Source: Vulcanimicrobiales bacterium (lineage in GTDB: Bacteria; Vulcanimicrobiota; Vulcanimicrobiia; Vulcanimicrobiales; Vulcanimicrobiaceae). From it: DNA of 64,000 nt. The stretch is taken from positions 27,313 through 91,312 of the forward strand of contig JBBQQR010000007.1 of the NCBI GenBank assembly GCA_038215615.1. Direction: 5' to 3'. Both the position numbers and the translations under genes were made by a program. This document shows, piece after piece, positions 27,980-38,185 of the stretch (its first letter is position 1; every line of letters starts with the position of its first letter). A model generated the notes under the pieces. That model was not told the DNA's origin. It saw nothing but the letters and a program-made list of their open reading frames with translations, and made no database searches.

Positions 27980-30091
27980 TTACGGAGCGGTGTAATGTTT
28001 GGCTAGTACCGCTTCCACAGGATTGTAGGTGAAGCTCACGCCCCGGTGGATAACCGGGTCGGCCAGCGTTTGATCGAAATCCTCATTTCCGTCGAAACTC
28101 GCCCATCGCCAGAAACAGCCGCCATCCATTCCGTATTTTTCCATTAATGTAAGAAGGCTGTCCGTTGCAGTCGCGGTCGGCCAAGTCGGGTCCACCGGCG
28201 TCGCATCGCCAAACTCCACCGCAACTGCATGCGCACCGTTGTGCCCGATCGTCGAGTATATGTACTGCATCGTTTCGTTCGCCCACGCGTTGGGATCTTC
28301 ATCGGTGCAAACCAAGCCTTGTGCGTACTGGCATTTCTTATGCTCGTAGAACGAAACGGCATACGTGCGCTGCGCATCGGGAACGTTGAGGCCATCGAAA
28401 ATGCCCTTCATGACTACAATCGGGCTTGTTAGATTTGGCGAGTTTTCATCAATATAGCTGCCGACGATCGTCTCAGCTGAAAGTTTAGCGAACGGAATTC
28501 CAAGTGTGTTCGCGAAACCGATGGCCCATTTAACATACTGCGCCGGCTGCCCGTTTGAACCAAGCCAGAGCGGCGGCTCGGCGGGAATACCACACGACGG
28601 TGTATTGTTGAAATTATTTACATGTACATCGCCGTCGAAGAGGACCATGTACAGCGCAGGATGATTTTTTACCGTTTGCAGAATGGCGCTCAGCCAGGCC
28701 GTGTTATTGGCCGGCGGCTGCTCTTCCATATGCGTATTGACCAAATTCAAAATGATCTTGATGCCCTTGCTCTGGACCAAATCGAAGAGGGCGGTAAGGC
28801 TCGAAAGCTCCGGAGAAGTTGGCTGCGGATACTGAAGCCCTAAGACCGGTGGGACGTTGCACGTCGGCGGCGTGAAGCCCGGCACATACGCCGAGTCGGC
28901 GGCCCGTAATTCAAACTCGATCGTATTGACGCCCATCGCTCGCATCTTGTCCAGTTGCAGCGCAACCTCAGAGCGGACACTTCTGCCCACGATGGATTGG
29001 TATCCGTCAAACTGGTGCAGCAGGTCGCCGTCGTAAAACCCGTTCTGATAAGAGCGCTGCTCGAATTGAACCCACAATCCTCTCACCACAAGTGACGAAG
29101 CTTGCGGTAAGATCGGCGTTGTGTAAATCGAGCCGGAGGCACCGAGCACGTACATATTTGTATCCGCCGTTGCGATACCGGTTGCGGCGCCTGGCTGGGA
29201 TGTCCAGCCCGCCGAGTCAAAGTCGTTGTAATAGATCGCGTTGCCTGCCGCATTACCCGGATATCCGAGCGCAAACACGCCACGGCCGGCCGGCGCAATT
29301 GAAGACGCACTTCCGGGAAGGCGCGCGAACGTGCCGTCGCCATTTTCATACCAGATTTGGCCGGCCGAGTTTAATATATAAAAGCCGCGAGGCTGCAGAA
29401 CGCCTGCGCCGAGATTGTACGGGCCGCCAGGATCCCACGCAGCAGCAAGCGCGATGCCGGATCCAGGAACCTGCGACCACGTGCCGTTGACGTTATGCCA
29501 AATGGCTTTGTCGGTTCCGCTTCCGCCGTTGGATAAAACGTAAATCGAGCCGTCCCACGCGACCGTCACAGCACTCGCTCCGCCACCAAGCGCCGTCCAG
29601 GCTCCGGTGCCGCCGAACGGCACGGCGTAATGATAGGTGCCGCCGCTGGAATTGACTGCGTAGATCGTCCCATCGGGCGCGGCCGCGAGCTGCGACGCTA
29701 ATCCAGAGACGTTCGTCCAGGCCGCCGCGGCACCGTCAACACTGTCGTATTGCCAAATATACTTATCGGGTCCGCTCGGCAGCGTTGAAAGCGCCCAAAG
29801 CTGGCCGTCCGGCGCCATGACAAGCTGGCTGGCCGAACCTGCAATCTGCGTCCAGTTCAATCCTTGGATTGCGCTTTGCGTATGCACCGGCGAGTTCATT
29901 GCGCTCGACGGCTGAATCGCCGTTCGCGCCATCGGTGCAGACGCGCTTAATCCGGGTGATACGGATTCCGGCGTGACCATCTGGGGAGACGATCCCGTCG
30001 GAGGCAATCCCGAGCGCACACCGTGCGAACATCCGGCTACGACTAATACAAGAAGCACCGGTAGCAAAATACGACAAGCGCGGTTTGGCAA
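27980..30091 (-). CDS. Lipoprotein: tectonin-like repeat module + clan GH-A-like TIM-barrel glycoside hydrolase
   Basis: Lipobox VVAGC; WTQIAG/WTNVSG/WTALGG repeats; LDKMRAMGVNTI, GIKIILNL, KNHPAL, VAVEFG, GCFWRW. Confidence 0.75.
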   Translation of the reverse strand: MPNRACRILLPVLLVLVVAGCSHGVRSGLPPTGSSPQMVTPESVSPGLSASAPMARTAIQPSSAMNSPVHTQSAIQGLNWTQIAGSASQLVMAPDGQLWALSTLPSGPDKYIWQYDSVDGAAAAWTNVSGLASQLAAAPDGTIYAVNSSGGTYHYAVPFGGTGAWTALGGGASAVTVAWDGSIYVLSNGGSGTDKAIWHNVNGTWSQVPGSGIALAAAWDPGGPYNLGAGVLQPRGFYILNSAGQIWYENGDGTFARLPGSASSIAPAGRGVFALGYPGNAAGNAIYYNDFDSAGWTSQPGAATGIATADTNMYVLGASGSIYTTPILPQASSLVVRGLWVQFEQRSYQNGFYDGDLLHQFDGYQSIVGRSVRSEVALQLDKMRAMGVNTIEFELRAADSAYVPGFTPPTCNVPPVLGLQYPQPTSPELSSLTALFDLVQSKGIKIILNLVNTHMEEQPPANNTAWLSAILQTVKNHPALYMVLFDGDVHVNNFNNTPSCGIPAEPPLWLGSNGQPAQYVKWAIGFANTLGIPFAKLSAETIVGSYIDENSPNLTSPIVVMKGIFDGLNVPDAQRTYAVSFYEHKKCQYAQGLVCTDEDPNAWANETMQYIYSTIGHNGAHAVAVEFGDATPVDPTWPTATATDSLLTLMEKYGMDGGCFWRWASFDGNEDFDQTLADPVIHRGVSFTYNPVEAVLAKHYTAP

Positions 30092-30277
30092 ACGCCTTCC
30101 TATTCCTGGCCGGGTTTACTTCGCCGTCTGCTACCGCTTACATTGTCCGCTCCGCCCGTCCTATATATAAGCTGCGCGACGGATGTTGCCCGATCGGTTA
30201 TTGTTAACCAAATCGTAAAAACTGTGCGCAAGAATCTCGGAAGCCATGAAAACCTTGAACCTCATGATCAGAAGCGT

Positions 30278-30430
30278 TCAAACTGGCGCGCCGGCCTCAG
30301 CCTGCCGTAAAGCCGCAGCGAACTGCTCGGGTGAGTGGCATTTTCGCATGGGCAAGACCTCCGGGTCTCGAGGAGAAGTTTTGCCGATTTTTCGCGAGTC
30401 TCGCCGGTCCAGAATTCGGGTCCAGGGCTT
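30278..30430 (-). mobile_element. IS3-family remnant (left end + truncated OrfA)
   Basis: MRKCHSPEQFAAALRQAEAGAPV* (30278-30349) resembles an IS3 OrfA N-terminus; GGAGG RBS; upstream IR-like ctggacccgaattctggacc. Confidence 0.65.
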
Positions 30431-30499
30431 GGAGTCGGGGCTCACCCGAAAGGCGCGATTCAAAGTGTATAACTTTTCGCAAATTCCTAGAAAAATTAC

Positions 30500-32800
30500 C
30501 TAACGTCGAAGAGTCAGTATTATACGTACACCGGCTGGTTGCAAAAACAGCGCGTCGGTCGGTAAATTTCCGAATGCGGTCGAACCGTCCGGTTGTTCCA
30601 CTAATCCGCGGTAAGGCGTGCCCACCCCGGGCAGAGTGAACTTCCCGGCGACCGCATTCGTGAGGTTTGTTCCAGCCAGCGTTATGTCGATGGGACCGCT
30701 GCGTTTTCCGATGGCGGCATTAAGAACCGCAAACGCGCCCTGATTGAGCTCGTTGTTGCGGCCGCGCGCGTAGGTTTCAATTCCTCCGTGCCAGCCGCGG
30801 TTATCGTAAGCGACGCTTAGCGAGCCCTGTTGCTGCGGGATATTCAAGAACTGCTGATTTGAAACGAGATCGCCGCCCGACGTTGGATTCGATACGCTGC
30901 CCGGAAAATTAAACGGGTAGGCCACGTTGAGGCCGTAACGTGCGTCAATAAAAAAATGATCGGTTCGGTGGGTGAGGCGAACCTCCGACCCTTGGTAGGC
31001 GACGTTTCCGACGTTGATTGGAAACGACTGCGCGGGCGGAGCCGAGGCGGGGCAGCTCGCAGCCAATGGGTAGAAATTCTCTATCGGATCGCGCAGATTC
31101 GTGCGATAGAGCGCTACATCGAGATTCGTCCGGTCGTTGAAACGATGCGCGTAGCCGAGCTCGTATTCGGTTGCGTGCTCGGGAAGCAACCCCACATTGC
31201 CCTGGCCGAGTGCGACGCAGTTGGCATCCTGCGGCAGCTCGCCGGCGGGAAACACTACGCGCTCGATAAGAAGCGGCGCACGAAATCCGCTGCCCACCGA
31301 TGCCCGCACCACATTGTCCGGCGAGATATCGAACGACGCGCCAAGGCGGCCGTCAAGATTCGTACCGAACGTCGAATAGCGCGAGACAAAAACGCCGGCC
31401 TGCACGCGCAGGCGCGGCGTCGGCTCGATGCTTCCGCGCACGAAATACGAATGTATTATCCGCGATTGTTGGCCCTCAACGCCGTCTTCCATAAGCGTTT
31501 CTGGCCGAACGTATCCTCCGAGCGCGAAGCTCCCGTTGGGAAAGTTACGCTCCCAAGAGAGGGCGTAATTCTGGCGTTTGTCGCGATGCGTAATATCATA
31601 CGGCGATGGGCCGCTCCCGTTCAGGCTTACGTCATTGTTCGACGTGCTAAATTCGTACACGAGTGACCCAGCGCCCAGCGGGGCGCGTCCGCGGGCATCA
31701 TATGCACGAATCGTTTGCGCATACGTTGCGGGTCCGGGTCCGATGAATAAGTTGCCGGAACTTTCGGCGCTCGGATCGACCGGAGTGTTAAATGACGCAC
31801 TTTCGTCGCGCGCATTACCCAGTGCAAAAAGACGCAGTCTTAACTCGGCGTTGGGCGAAAAACTCCATGAAAGCTGGCCCAGCGCCGACCTGCTGCTTAC
31901 AGTTGAACCGAGATGAATCGGAATCGTTTGGCTGCACGGATCGCCCGTCGGGGCGATGCACAGCAGATTGTTTTGGTTGACGTAACCGTGCTCTTGCTGA
32001 TCGTCAAACGCTAGCGCATAACCAAGCCGGCCGGTCGTACCCGTTGAGTTCAACCATCCCTCGCTCACGCCGAACGAGCCGGTCGAAAACGAAAACGCGC
32101 TGTGCGGATCGCGGGTCGGGCGAAGGGAGATGATGTTCACGGCTCCGCCGATCGTGTTGCTCCCCTCGGTATCAGCCGGTCCTAGGCCCTCGGTCACGGA
32201 GACGTCAGAAAAAGCGGCGACAGGGAAACGCGAGAGGTCGAGGTCGCCCGTGTTCCCATCGTTGAGAATCTGTCCGTCTAAGGCTACCAGTGTTTCGGAG
32301 GGGTCCGGGCCGCGCAACGCAACCAGCGACGCTGCTGCATCGCTTCCACCGTCGGGACGCGCAAAAGTCAGCGACGGTACGGCTGCCAGCGATTGGATGA
32401 TCCGGTTATTTCCAGCTCGATCCATCTCCGCTCGACTAATTACAATATTGGGAATCAGAGCGCGTGACGGAATCGATGCTCCGTTGACACGCACGCTGCC
32501 GATGATCCGCAGACTGGGACTGTCGACGGGTTCGGTTTCAATGTCAAGAGTCGCGTCGTTCGTAACAAGGAGCGACGCGACTTCAGTGGTGACGTATCCG
32601 CGCGCCGCTACGCGCACGGTGTACCGCCCCCGGCCGACGTGGAGCGAAAAGGCTCCGTCATTTCCGGTCACGGCGCGTTCGCTGGATCGCGTGGACGACG
32701 TCGCGGCGACAACTGCATTTGCTACCGGTGCACCGGACGGCGCCGTTACATGACCACTCACGATGCAGCACAGAGCGAGCTGCGCGAAGATGACGTACAC
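30500..32800 (-). CDS. TonB-dependent receptor with N-terminal carboxypeptidase-regulatory-like domain
   Basis: SGHVTAPSGAPVANAVV; plug LRG...TLVALDG...GGAVNIIS; RASVGSGFRAP, L.PE..TEYELG, GTNLTN. Confidence 0.9.
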   Translation of the reverse strand: MYVIFAQLALCCIVSGHVTAPSGAPVANAVVAATSSTRSSERAVTGNDGAFSLHVGRGRYTVRVAARGYVTTEVASLLVTNDATLDIETEPVDSPSLRIIGSVRVNGASIPSRALIPNIVISRAEMDRAGNNRIIQSLAAVPSLTFARPDGGSDAAASLVALRGPDPSETLVALDGQILNDGNTGDLDLSRFPVAAFSDVSVTEGLGPADTEGSNTIGGAVNIISLRPTRDPHSAFSFSTGSFGVSEGWLNSTGTTGRLGYALAFDDQQEHGYVNQNNLLCIAPTGDPCSQTIPIHLGSTVSSRSALGQLSWSFSPNAELRLRLFALGNARDESASFNTPVDPSAESSGNLFIGPGPATYAQTIRAYDARGRAPLGAGSLVYEFSTSNNDVSLNGSGPSPYDITHRDKRQNYALSWERNFPNGSFALGGYVRPETLMEDGVEGQQSRIIHSYFVRGSIEPTPRLRVQAGVFVSRYSTFGTNLDGRLGASFDISPDNVVRASVGSGFRAPLLIERVVFPAGELPQDANCVALGQGNVGLLPEHATEYELGYAHRFNDRTNLDVALYRTNLRDPIENFYPLAASCPASAPPAQSFPINVGNVAYQGSEVRLTHRTDHFFIDARYGLNVAYPFNFPGSVSNPTSGGDLVSNQQFLNIPQQQGSLSVAYDNRGWHGGIETYARGRNNELNQGAFAVLNAAIGKRSGPIDITLAGTNLTNAVAGKFTLPGVGTPYRGLVEQPDGSTAFGNLPTDALFLQPAGVRIILTLRR

Positions 32801-32891
32801 TTAGTCTCTCCTGAAACCCCTGTCTCTAACGAGCGCTTCGCACGGCCCTCCCCTCGCGCCTGCCGTTGTTATGCGAGGCGCCGATACGCCG

Positions 32892-32972
32892 CTAGCTTCG
32901 CCGCCCGGATGGTGAGGCTGCTGCCAAGCCGATCGATGCGACGCCGCCGAGCAGCATCTTACGTGAAATCAT
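32892..32972 (-). pseudogene. Orphan Tat-like signal-peptide ORF (26 aa), probable gene relic
   Basis: MISRKMLLGGVASIGLAAASPSGRRS*, starting 5 nt after the upstream stop. Confidence 0.4.
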
Positions 32973-32977
32973 TTCCG

Positions 32978-33646
32978 CTACTTTGGGATGTACTGCGTCT
33001 TATCCGCCAGCATGCCGCCGGTGCTTCCGGAAACCTGGCACACGTGCTCGCCGGTGGGTTCGGTGAAACATTCAAAATTGCGCTCGCGTCGTAACAGTTG
33101 GATCGCCGTCCGCCAGTCCGTGCACGTCGTGAACACGACGCGCAGCTCGTGAATCGGTTTGCTTCGGTCCGCGGTGAAGTTGTAACCGTCCGAACGCATC
33201 CAGCGTCGCGATGCGCCGGTCCTAAACGATTGGAAATGGATGGTGACGGTGCCGTCCGAGCCCGGCTCGGCCTTACGCTCGAAAGTCCGCCGGATCACAT
33301 TGCGATCGCCGACTTGTGAAGCGCCGCCGGCGCCATCGGCGTCCGATGCGAAGCACGTGTGCGGCAAAGCGAGCTGCGCCCGCGTCGGTGCGCCCGGGCA
33401 AGGACCCGAAGTGACGTCTTCGCGCGCCCAGTTCATGGCCTCGCTCCGTGCCTTGCCCGCGGGTTGCACGACGTATCCGCCCGGGGTTAGCGCCACAATT
33501 TTGGCCGGCCCAGGTTGCTGCTTGACCTTCACGCAAGCGCCAACGCCAAGACCTTCGGCCGCACCGGCCGGCGCGGTTGCGCAGCTGAGCATGGCCGAAA
33601 TACCAAATACAAATGCCGAGACAAGCCCACCTAATCTCAAACTCAT
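32978..33646 (-). CDS. Secreted hypothetical protein
   Basis: MSLRLGGLVSAFVFG... signal peptide; several Cys; no recognised family. Confidence 0.7.
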   Translation of the reverse strand: MSLRLGGLVSAFVFGISAMLSCATAPAGAAEGLGVGACVKVKQQPGPAKIVALTPGGYVVQPAGKARSEAMNWAREDVTSGPCPGAPTRAQLALPHTCFASDADGAGGASQVGDRNVIRRTFERKAEPGSDGTVTIHFQSFRTGASRRWMRSDGYNFTADRSKPIHELRVVFTTCTDWRTAIQLLRRERNFECFTEPTGEHVCQVSGSTGGMLADKTQYIPK

Positions 33647-33789
33647 TTTATAACCTTGACCTTCGCTAGAGTCGTGAGGGAAACGCTCGTCATGCGCGGC
33701 CGCGTACGTCGCACCTAGCATGCGCCTTAAAATGTAAAGCGTCTGTGTGAATTTCACGCCCGCGTTCAGGTGACGCTCCACAGTCTCTC

Positions 33790-35613
33790 TTAAGGCGTGA
33801 TGCGTCCTATCTTGCTGAGGTTGGATTCGGCGAACCACAAATTGCCGTCCGGACCCGAAACGATCCCGGACGGATGCGAAGACGCCGCCGGCAACACAAA
33901 CTCGGTGATCGTGCCGCTCGTCGTGATCCTTCCTATTTTGTTGCCGCCGGATTCGGCGAACCACAGATTGGCGTCGGGCCCCGTCACGATGCCCCACGGC
34001 TGCGGCGTGCCGGTGTTGACGATTGCGTATTCGGTGATCGCCCCGCTCGTCGTGATCTTCCCGATCTTGCCTCCGTTGAGCTCCGTGAACCAGAGATTGT
34101 TATCCGGGCCAACGGTGATGGTTGTCGGCGACGAGTTACCCGTCGGAATACCAAATTCGGAAAACGTTCCAGTTGTGCTGATTCGTCCGATCTTATTGCC
34201 GGCACTTTCGGCAAACCATAAGTTGCCGTCCGGCCCCGCGACGATGCCTTCGGCGCCGGCGACGGCCGTCGGAATCGCATACACGGTGACCGTCCCGCTG
34301 GTTGTAATCTTTCCTATGCCGTTGTCACCATTGAATTCCGTGAACCACAGATTGCCGTCCGGGCCCGCGGTGATGAAGTACGGCCCCGGAGTTCCGCCGC
34401 TCGGAATCGGAAACTCGCTGATCGCGCCGCCGGTAGTGATCCGCCCGATTTTCTCTCCGAACCGTTCGGTGAACCAAAGATTGCCGTCGGAGCCTACCGC
34501 AATGCTCGCAGCGCTTGCTCCATTTGTTGGGATCACATATTCAGTTACGCTCCCGCTCGGAGTCATCTTGCCGATTTTGTTGCCGATGTATTCAGTAAAC
34601 CAGAAATTGCCGTCAGGTCCCGCGGCGATGCCGAGCGGATAGACCCCGGTGGAAGGCAGCGGGTATTCTACGATTGTCCCTGTCGTGGATGTTACGGGAG
34701 TCGAGTAAATAGCGCCCGAGCTTCCGACCGCGTAGAGATGCGAGCTGTCGGTGGAAATGTTGGCGGCCGCTCCGCTCTGCAGAGTCCATCCCGGGGTGTT
34801 TAGGTTGTAATAGTAAATCGAGTTGCCGCCGCCCAAAACAAAGACGCCGCCGATGGTCGTCGGCGTGATCGCGGTCGCATTTCCCGGTAACTGAATGAAA
34901 CTGTTATTGCTGTTTTCGTAATAAATGTTACCGGTCGCATTGAGGATGTACAACCCGCCGGGTGAGACCGTGCCGTTCGAAAGCGAGTAACTATTTGGAT
35001 CCCACGAGCCTGCGATTCGAACGCCGGAACCGGGCCCTTGCGACCACGTCCCGCTCACGTTGTGCCAGATAGCCTGATCGTTGCCGCCCGAGTTGCCGTT
35101 GGAAAGCACATAGACCGAGCCGTCTTTGGCAACGGTGATATCGCTGCACCCGCCGCCCAGCGCGGTCCACGTTCCGCCGCTGTACGAAAACGCTCCGCCG
35201 CCGGAATTGATCGCATAGAGAGTGCCGTCGGGCGCAACGGTGATCCTTGACGCGAGGCCACTGATGTTTGTCCATGCCCCGCTAACGTAATGCCAAATAT
35301 ATTTGTCGGCTCCGGCCGGCTGGTTCGAGAGCACCCAAAGCGAACCGTCGGGAGCGGCGGCCACGAAGCTGGCCACGCCCGAAATCTGCGTCCAGTTCAA
35401 ACCCTGGATCGCACTTTGCGGCCGCACGTTCATCAGGCTGGCTGGAAGAATTGCAGTCTTAGCCATCGGAGCAACCGGAATATGGGCCGGCGAAACCGAT
35501 TGCGGCTTTCCGAGCGCGAGACCAGTTTGTGGAGTTACCTGGTTCGGACCCGAGCAGCCCGCCAGAGCCACGGTAACGGCAAGGGTGGAATAGACGAAAG
35601 AACGCAAGCTCAT
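33790..35613 (-). CDS. Lipoprotein: tectonin-like repeat module + 7-repeat Vgb-like beta-propeller
   Basis: Lipobox ALAGC; shared N-terminal module; seven GPDGNLWF(T/A)E-type repeats. Confidence 0.85.
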   Translation of the reverse strand: MSLRSFVYSTLAVTVALAGCSGPNQVTPQTGLALGKPQSVSPAHIPVAPMAKTAILPASLMNVRPQSAIQGLNWTQISGVASFVAAAPDGSLWVLSNQPAGADKYIWHYVSGAWTNISGLASRITVAPDGTLYAINSGGGAFSYSGGTWTALGGGCSDITVAKDGSVYVLSNGNSGGNDQAIWHNVSGTWSQGPGSGVRIAGSWDPNSYSLSNGTVSPGGLYILNATGNIYYENSNNSFIQLPGNATAITPTTIGGVFVLGGGNSIYYYNLNTPGWTLQSGAAANISTDSSHLYAVGSSGAIYSTPVTSTTGTIVEYPLPSTGVYPLGIAAGPDGNFWFTEYIGNKIGKMTPSGSVTEYVIPTNGASAASIAVGSDGNLWFTERFGEKIGRITTGGAISEFPIPSGGTPGPYFITAGPDGNLWFTEFNGDNGIGKITTSGTVTVYAIPTAVAGAEGIVAGPDGNLWFAESAGNKIGRISTTGTFSEFGIPTGNSSPTTITVGPDNNLWFTELNGGKIGKITTSGAITEYAIVNTGTPQPWGIVTGPDANLWFAESGGNKIGRITTSGTITEFVLPAASSHPSGIVSGPDGNLWFAESNLSKIGRITP

Positions 35614-35866
35614 GTGTTACCTTTTCGCTATAGTGAGCTCGCGCAAAGTGACGCAGCTGTATGGTTTCCGTAACCGGCACGGTTTTCGAGGCATGACGTG
35701 CGAGTTCTGTTCCGTATTGTTGACCGCGTGTTGACAAGTCCTGCCCCGCAATCTCTACGGCATATTTACAGCGCGATAATCATAAGACGCAAGGTCTTTA
35801 TCATTAAACTCAGGAAGCCGCTCAAAACTCTCCGCTCAGCTAAAGGTTGGCGACCGTGCGCGTTAG

Positions 35867-36184
35867 TTGCCCCAGTCGCGATGCGCAGGCCTGGCCGTTT
35901 CTCCGCACGAGAGCCATATCGGTGCGACGATCAGCGGTACCGTGAGCTACGCCGGCGATGCAGCTTGCGGAGGAGACATCCCGCCCCTGCAGCGTCCGAC
36001 CTGGACGTGGTCAGGCCAACAGGGCCAGCAGATAATCTCCGGCTGCACGGCTAATTCGCTATCCTGCGTCTTTCAGGGATCGGTTACGGGTTCTGCCGGC
36101 AATCGCTATGTGCAAATGTGTCTTAACGGAAACAGCAGACAGGGCCCATGGATTTCGTGCGACTATTACGGCGTCGCTCCGTAA
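35867..36184 (+). CDS. Cys-rich hypothetical protein, possibly a 5'-truncated relic
   Basis: 105 aa ORF with six Cys; TTG start and no signal peptide. Confidence 0.4.
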   Translation: MPQSRCAGLAVSPHESHIGATISGTVSYAGDAACGGDIPPLQRPTWTWSGQQGQQIISGCTANSLSCVFQGSVTGSAGNRYVQMCLNGNSRQGPWISCDYYGVAP

Positions 36185-36257
36185 GTCTCCAGTACGCGCT
36201 GAATCGGACCGCCCGCCACGGGCATTCCAGCGGGTAACGGGACGAGCTACCCTTCTT

Positions 36258-38174
36258 CTACGGACCGGCGGCGTGCGCTCGCATAATCTCCGATAGCATA
36301 TCCGGCGTTCCCGTAACGCGCTCGAGATGCGGATATTTTAAGCCGTCGTGATAATCGAGATCGATCGGTTGATACCAATGGCCTTGCTTTACGAGCAGAT
36401 GCACCGGTGCGGTTGATCCTTTGGCGTCTTTGATAACCTGATTCCACAAATCAACGCTGAATGCGCGGCCATTAACGGCCGAGACTTGCATCCCGGGCGC
36501 GAGCCCCGCTTTCCAGGCTGCCGAATTCTCGCGTACATCGCCTATCGTGCCCGTTCCGCCCAACGTCAGGCCGGCGTCAAACCATGCGGCGACTCCGCGT
36601 CCGGCCCGACCGTTGACAAATTTGTTGGGCGTGTCGTTAAAGACGAGTGTATAACCCGCCCGCGCGATCTCGTCGGTCGGTGGAACCGGGGCCACCGAGT
36701 AAACGTACTTTTCGAAAAACCCGTGCCAATCGTAGGGAACGACTTGATTGAGATAGTTCTCGATGTCTTCACGCGTATAGGTCACGACTTTTGGACCGGA
36801 GACGCCGCCCGCAAAGATCCGTGTGTAATCATCCAGCGATTTCGTGCCGTGGGATTGTTCGCGAATGATCGTGTCCGCGTCGAGCCACACCAACTCGCCT
36901 TCCCGGTAAAAATCGCCCGCCGTGCGCCGCAGACTCGGATAGACGCCGCGCGCGCAGCAAAAGTAGTACGGCGCGCCCGTAGTCGTGTCGATGAGCGGCG
37001 TCGTGTTCCGGCCGGGTTCGTAGGCGAGATTGGAATACAGCGATGCCAAAAACTCCGGATAATCTTTCGGGTCGCGAATACCCGCACGGAATGAGAGCAT
37101 GTCGCCCATGTATTGGTTCATGCCTTCGTATTGCCAGAGCAGTTCGGTCCGTTCCGGATACGGATCGTTGTAATCCGGTTGCTGGAGATCGAACGGACGC
37201 CGGTACTTGCCGTTCCATGAATGTGAAAACTCGTGCGGTACCAGGTCGCCGCTCAGCATCTGCTGGCGCGGATTCGTCAGAAAATCGTCGCCCGCCCGAT
37301 CGTCGCTCGATTGATGATGCTCGATGCCTTGAAATCCGAGCGTATTGCTGAGGGTGAGCTCCGCATGATAGACGTTCCAATGCCGCCCTCCGTACACCGT
37401 CATCGCTTCCGGCGTCAGCTGTTTATATGCAGCGATCACTTTGTCGTCGATCTTCAGATCTTCGGGCGCATCCGCGAACAGATCGAGATACGTCGCGGCA
37501 CCGTCGCCGGTCCAGGTTGTAATGTGTTTGACGTACGCACCCATGTCGGTCGGCGAATCGACCAGCGTCTCCAGCGAGACCGTCTCAAAATTGACGCGAT
37601 CTCCGACATGCGACGCGACCGGCAAGGCGGACGCAAAATCCCATCCGGCCGGCATGATGATCGATGCGCGCGCGAAGTACAGCGTGTTGTCGATATTACG
37701 CTGGTAAAAAATGTAGCGGTTCCAATTGCCGACCAGAATGTAGCGCGTTGCCATATCGTCGCCGCCGCCGTTGAGCAGCACGGTGAAATCGACGTTGATT
37801 GTCGATGTTCCCGGCGGGACGTTCAGGTGGAAAGCATACATATCGACCTGATCCCGCTGCCAGCGCAGCTGCTTCCCGCCGGCACTCACGCGCAACTCCG
37901 AAATATCGCTGAGCTGGCCGGTCGGGCCATGTTCGCCCGGAATCCATTGCGGATAATCGATGGTGAACCTACCCGGCGCTACCGGAATTGTCATATGCGC
38001 GTAGGCGCGCCCAAGTGCCGCTTTCCGCGCGTCGAGCGTCACGATCATCGGGTTGCTTTGCGTCGCGAGCGGCTGGTCGAACTGCGGCACCGGGAGTGTT
38101 TGCGCATCTGCGGCGCCGACAAGAGCGAGGGAAAGAGCCAGTGCCGAAACACCGGCCAGGGTGGCCTTCTTCAT
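36258..38174 (-). CDS. M61 family (glycyl aminopeptidase-like) metallopeptidase with PDZ domain
   Basis: Signal peptide MKKAT...; WIPGEHGP, LVDSP, GIEH, HEFSHSWNGKYRRP, LWQYEG, PDZ SAAWKAGLAPG. Confidence 0.92.
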   Translation of the reverse strand: MKKATLAGVSALALSLALVGAADAQTLPVPQFDQPLATQSNPMIVTLDARKAALGRAYAHMTIPVAPGRFTIDYPQWIPGEHGPTGQLSDISELRVSAGGKQLRWQRDQVDMYAFHLNVPPGTSTINVDFTVLLNGGGDDMATRYILVGNWNRYIFYQRNIDNTLYFARASIIMPAGWDFASALPVASHVGDRVNFETVSLETLVDSPTDMGAYVKHITTWTGDGAATYLDLFADAPEDLKIDDKVIAAYKQLTPEAMTVYGGRHWNVYHAELTLSNTLGFQGIEHHQSSDDRAGDDFLTNPRQQMLSGDLVPHEFSHSWNGKYRRPFDLQQPDYNDPYPERTELLWQYEGMNQYMGDMLSFRAGIRDPKDYPEFLASLYSNLAYEPGRNTTPLIDTTTGAPYYFCCARGVYPSLRRTAGDFYREGELVWLDADTIIREQSHGTKSLDDYTRIFAGGVSGPKVVTYTREDIENYLNQVVPYDWHGFFEKYVYSVAPVPPTDEIARAGYTLVFNDTPNKFVNGRAGRGVAAWFDAGLTLGGTGTIGDVRENSAAWKAGLAPGMQVSAVNGRAFSVDLWNQVIKDAKGSTAPVHLLVKQGHWYQPIDLDYHDGLKYPHLERVTGTPDMLSEIMRAHAAGP

Positions 38175-38185
38175 TTCATTCCCTC

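Noticed and set aside
32801..32977. Possible cobalamin riboswitch upstream of the TonB receptor
   Set aside because: No recognisable B12-box or GGGAA...GCCACTG core; the region is partly explained by a signal-peptide relic.
33797..34642. 281-aa plus-strand repetitive ORF
   Set aside because: Antisense shadow of the Vgb-like repeats.
33790..34680. Periodic nucleotide repeats (about 125-bp period) as a possible CRISPR array
   Set aside because: The repeats are degenerate and in frame (GPDGNLWF); no cas genes and no identical repeats with unique spacers.
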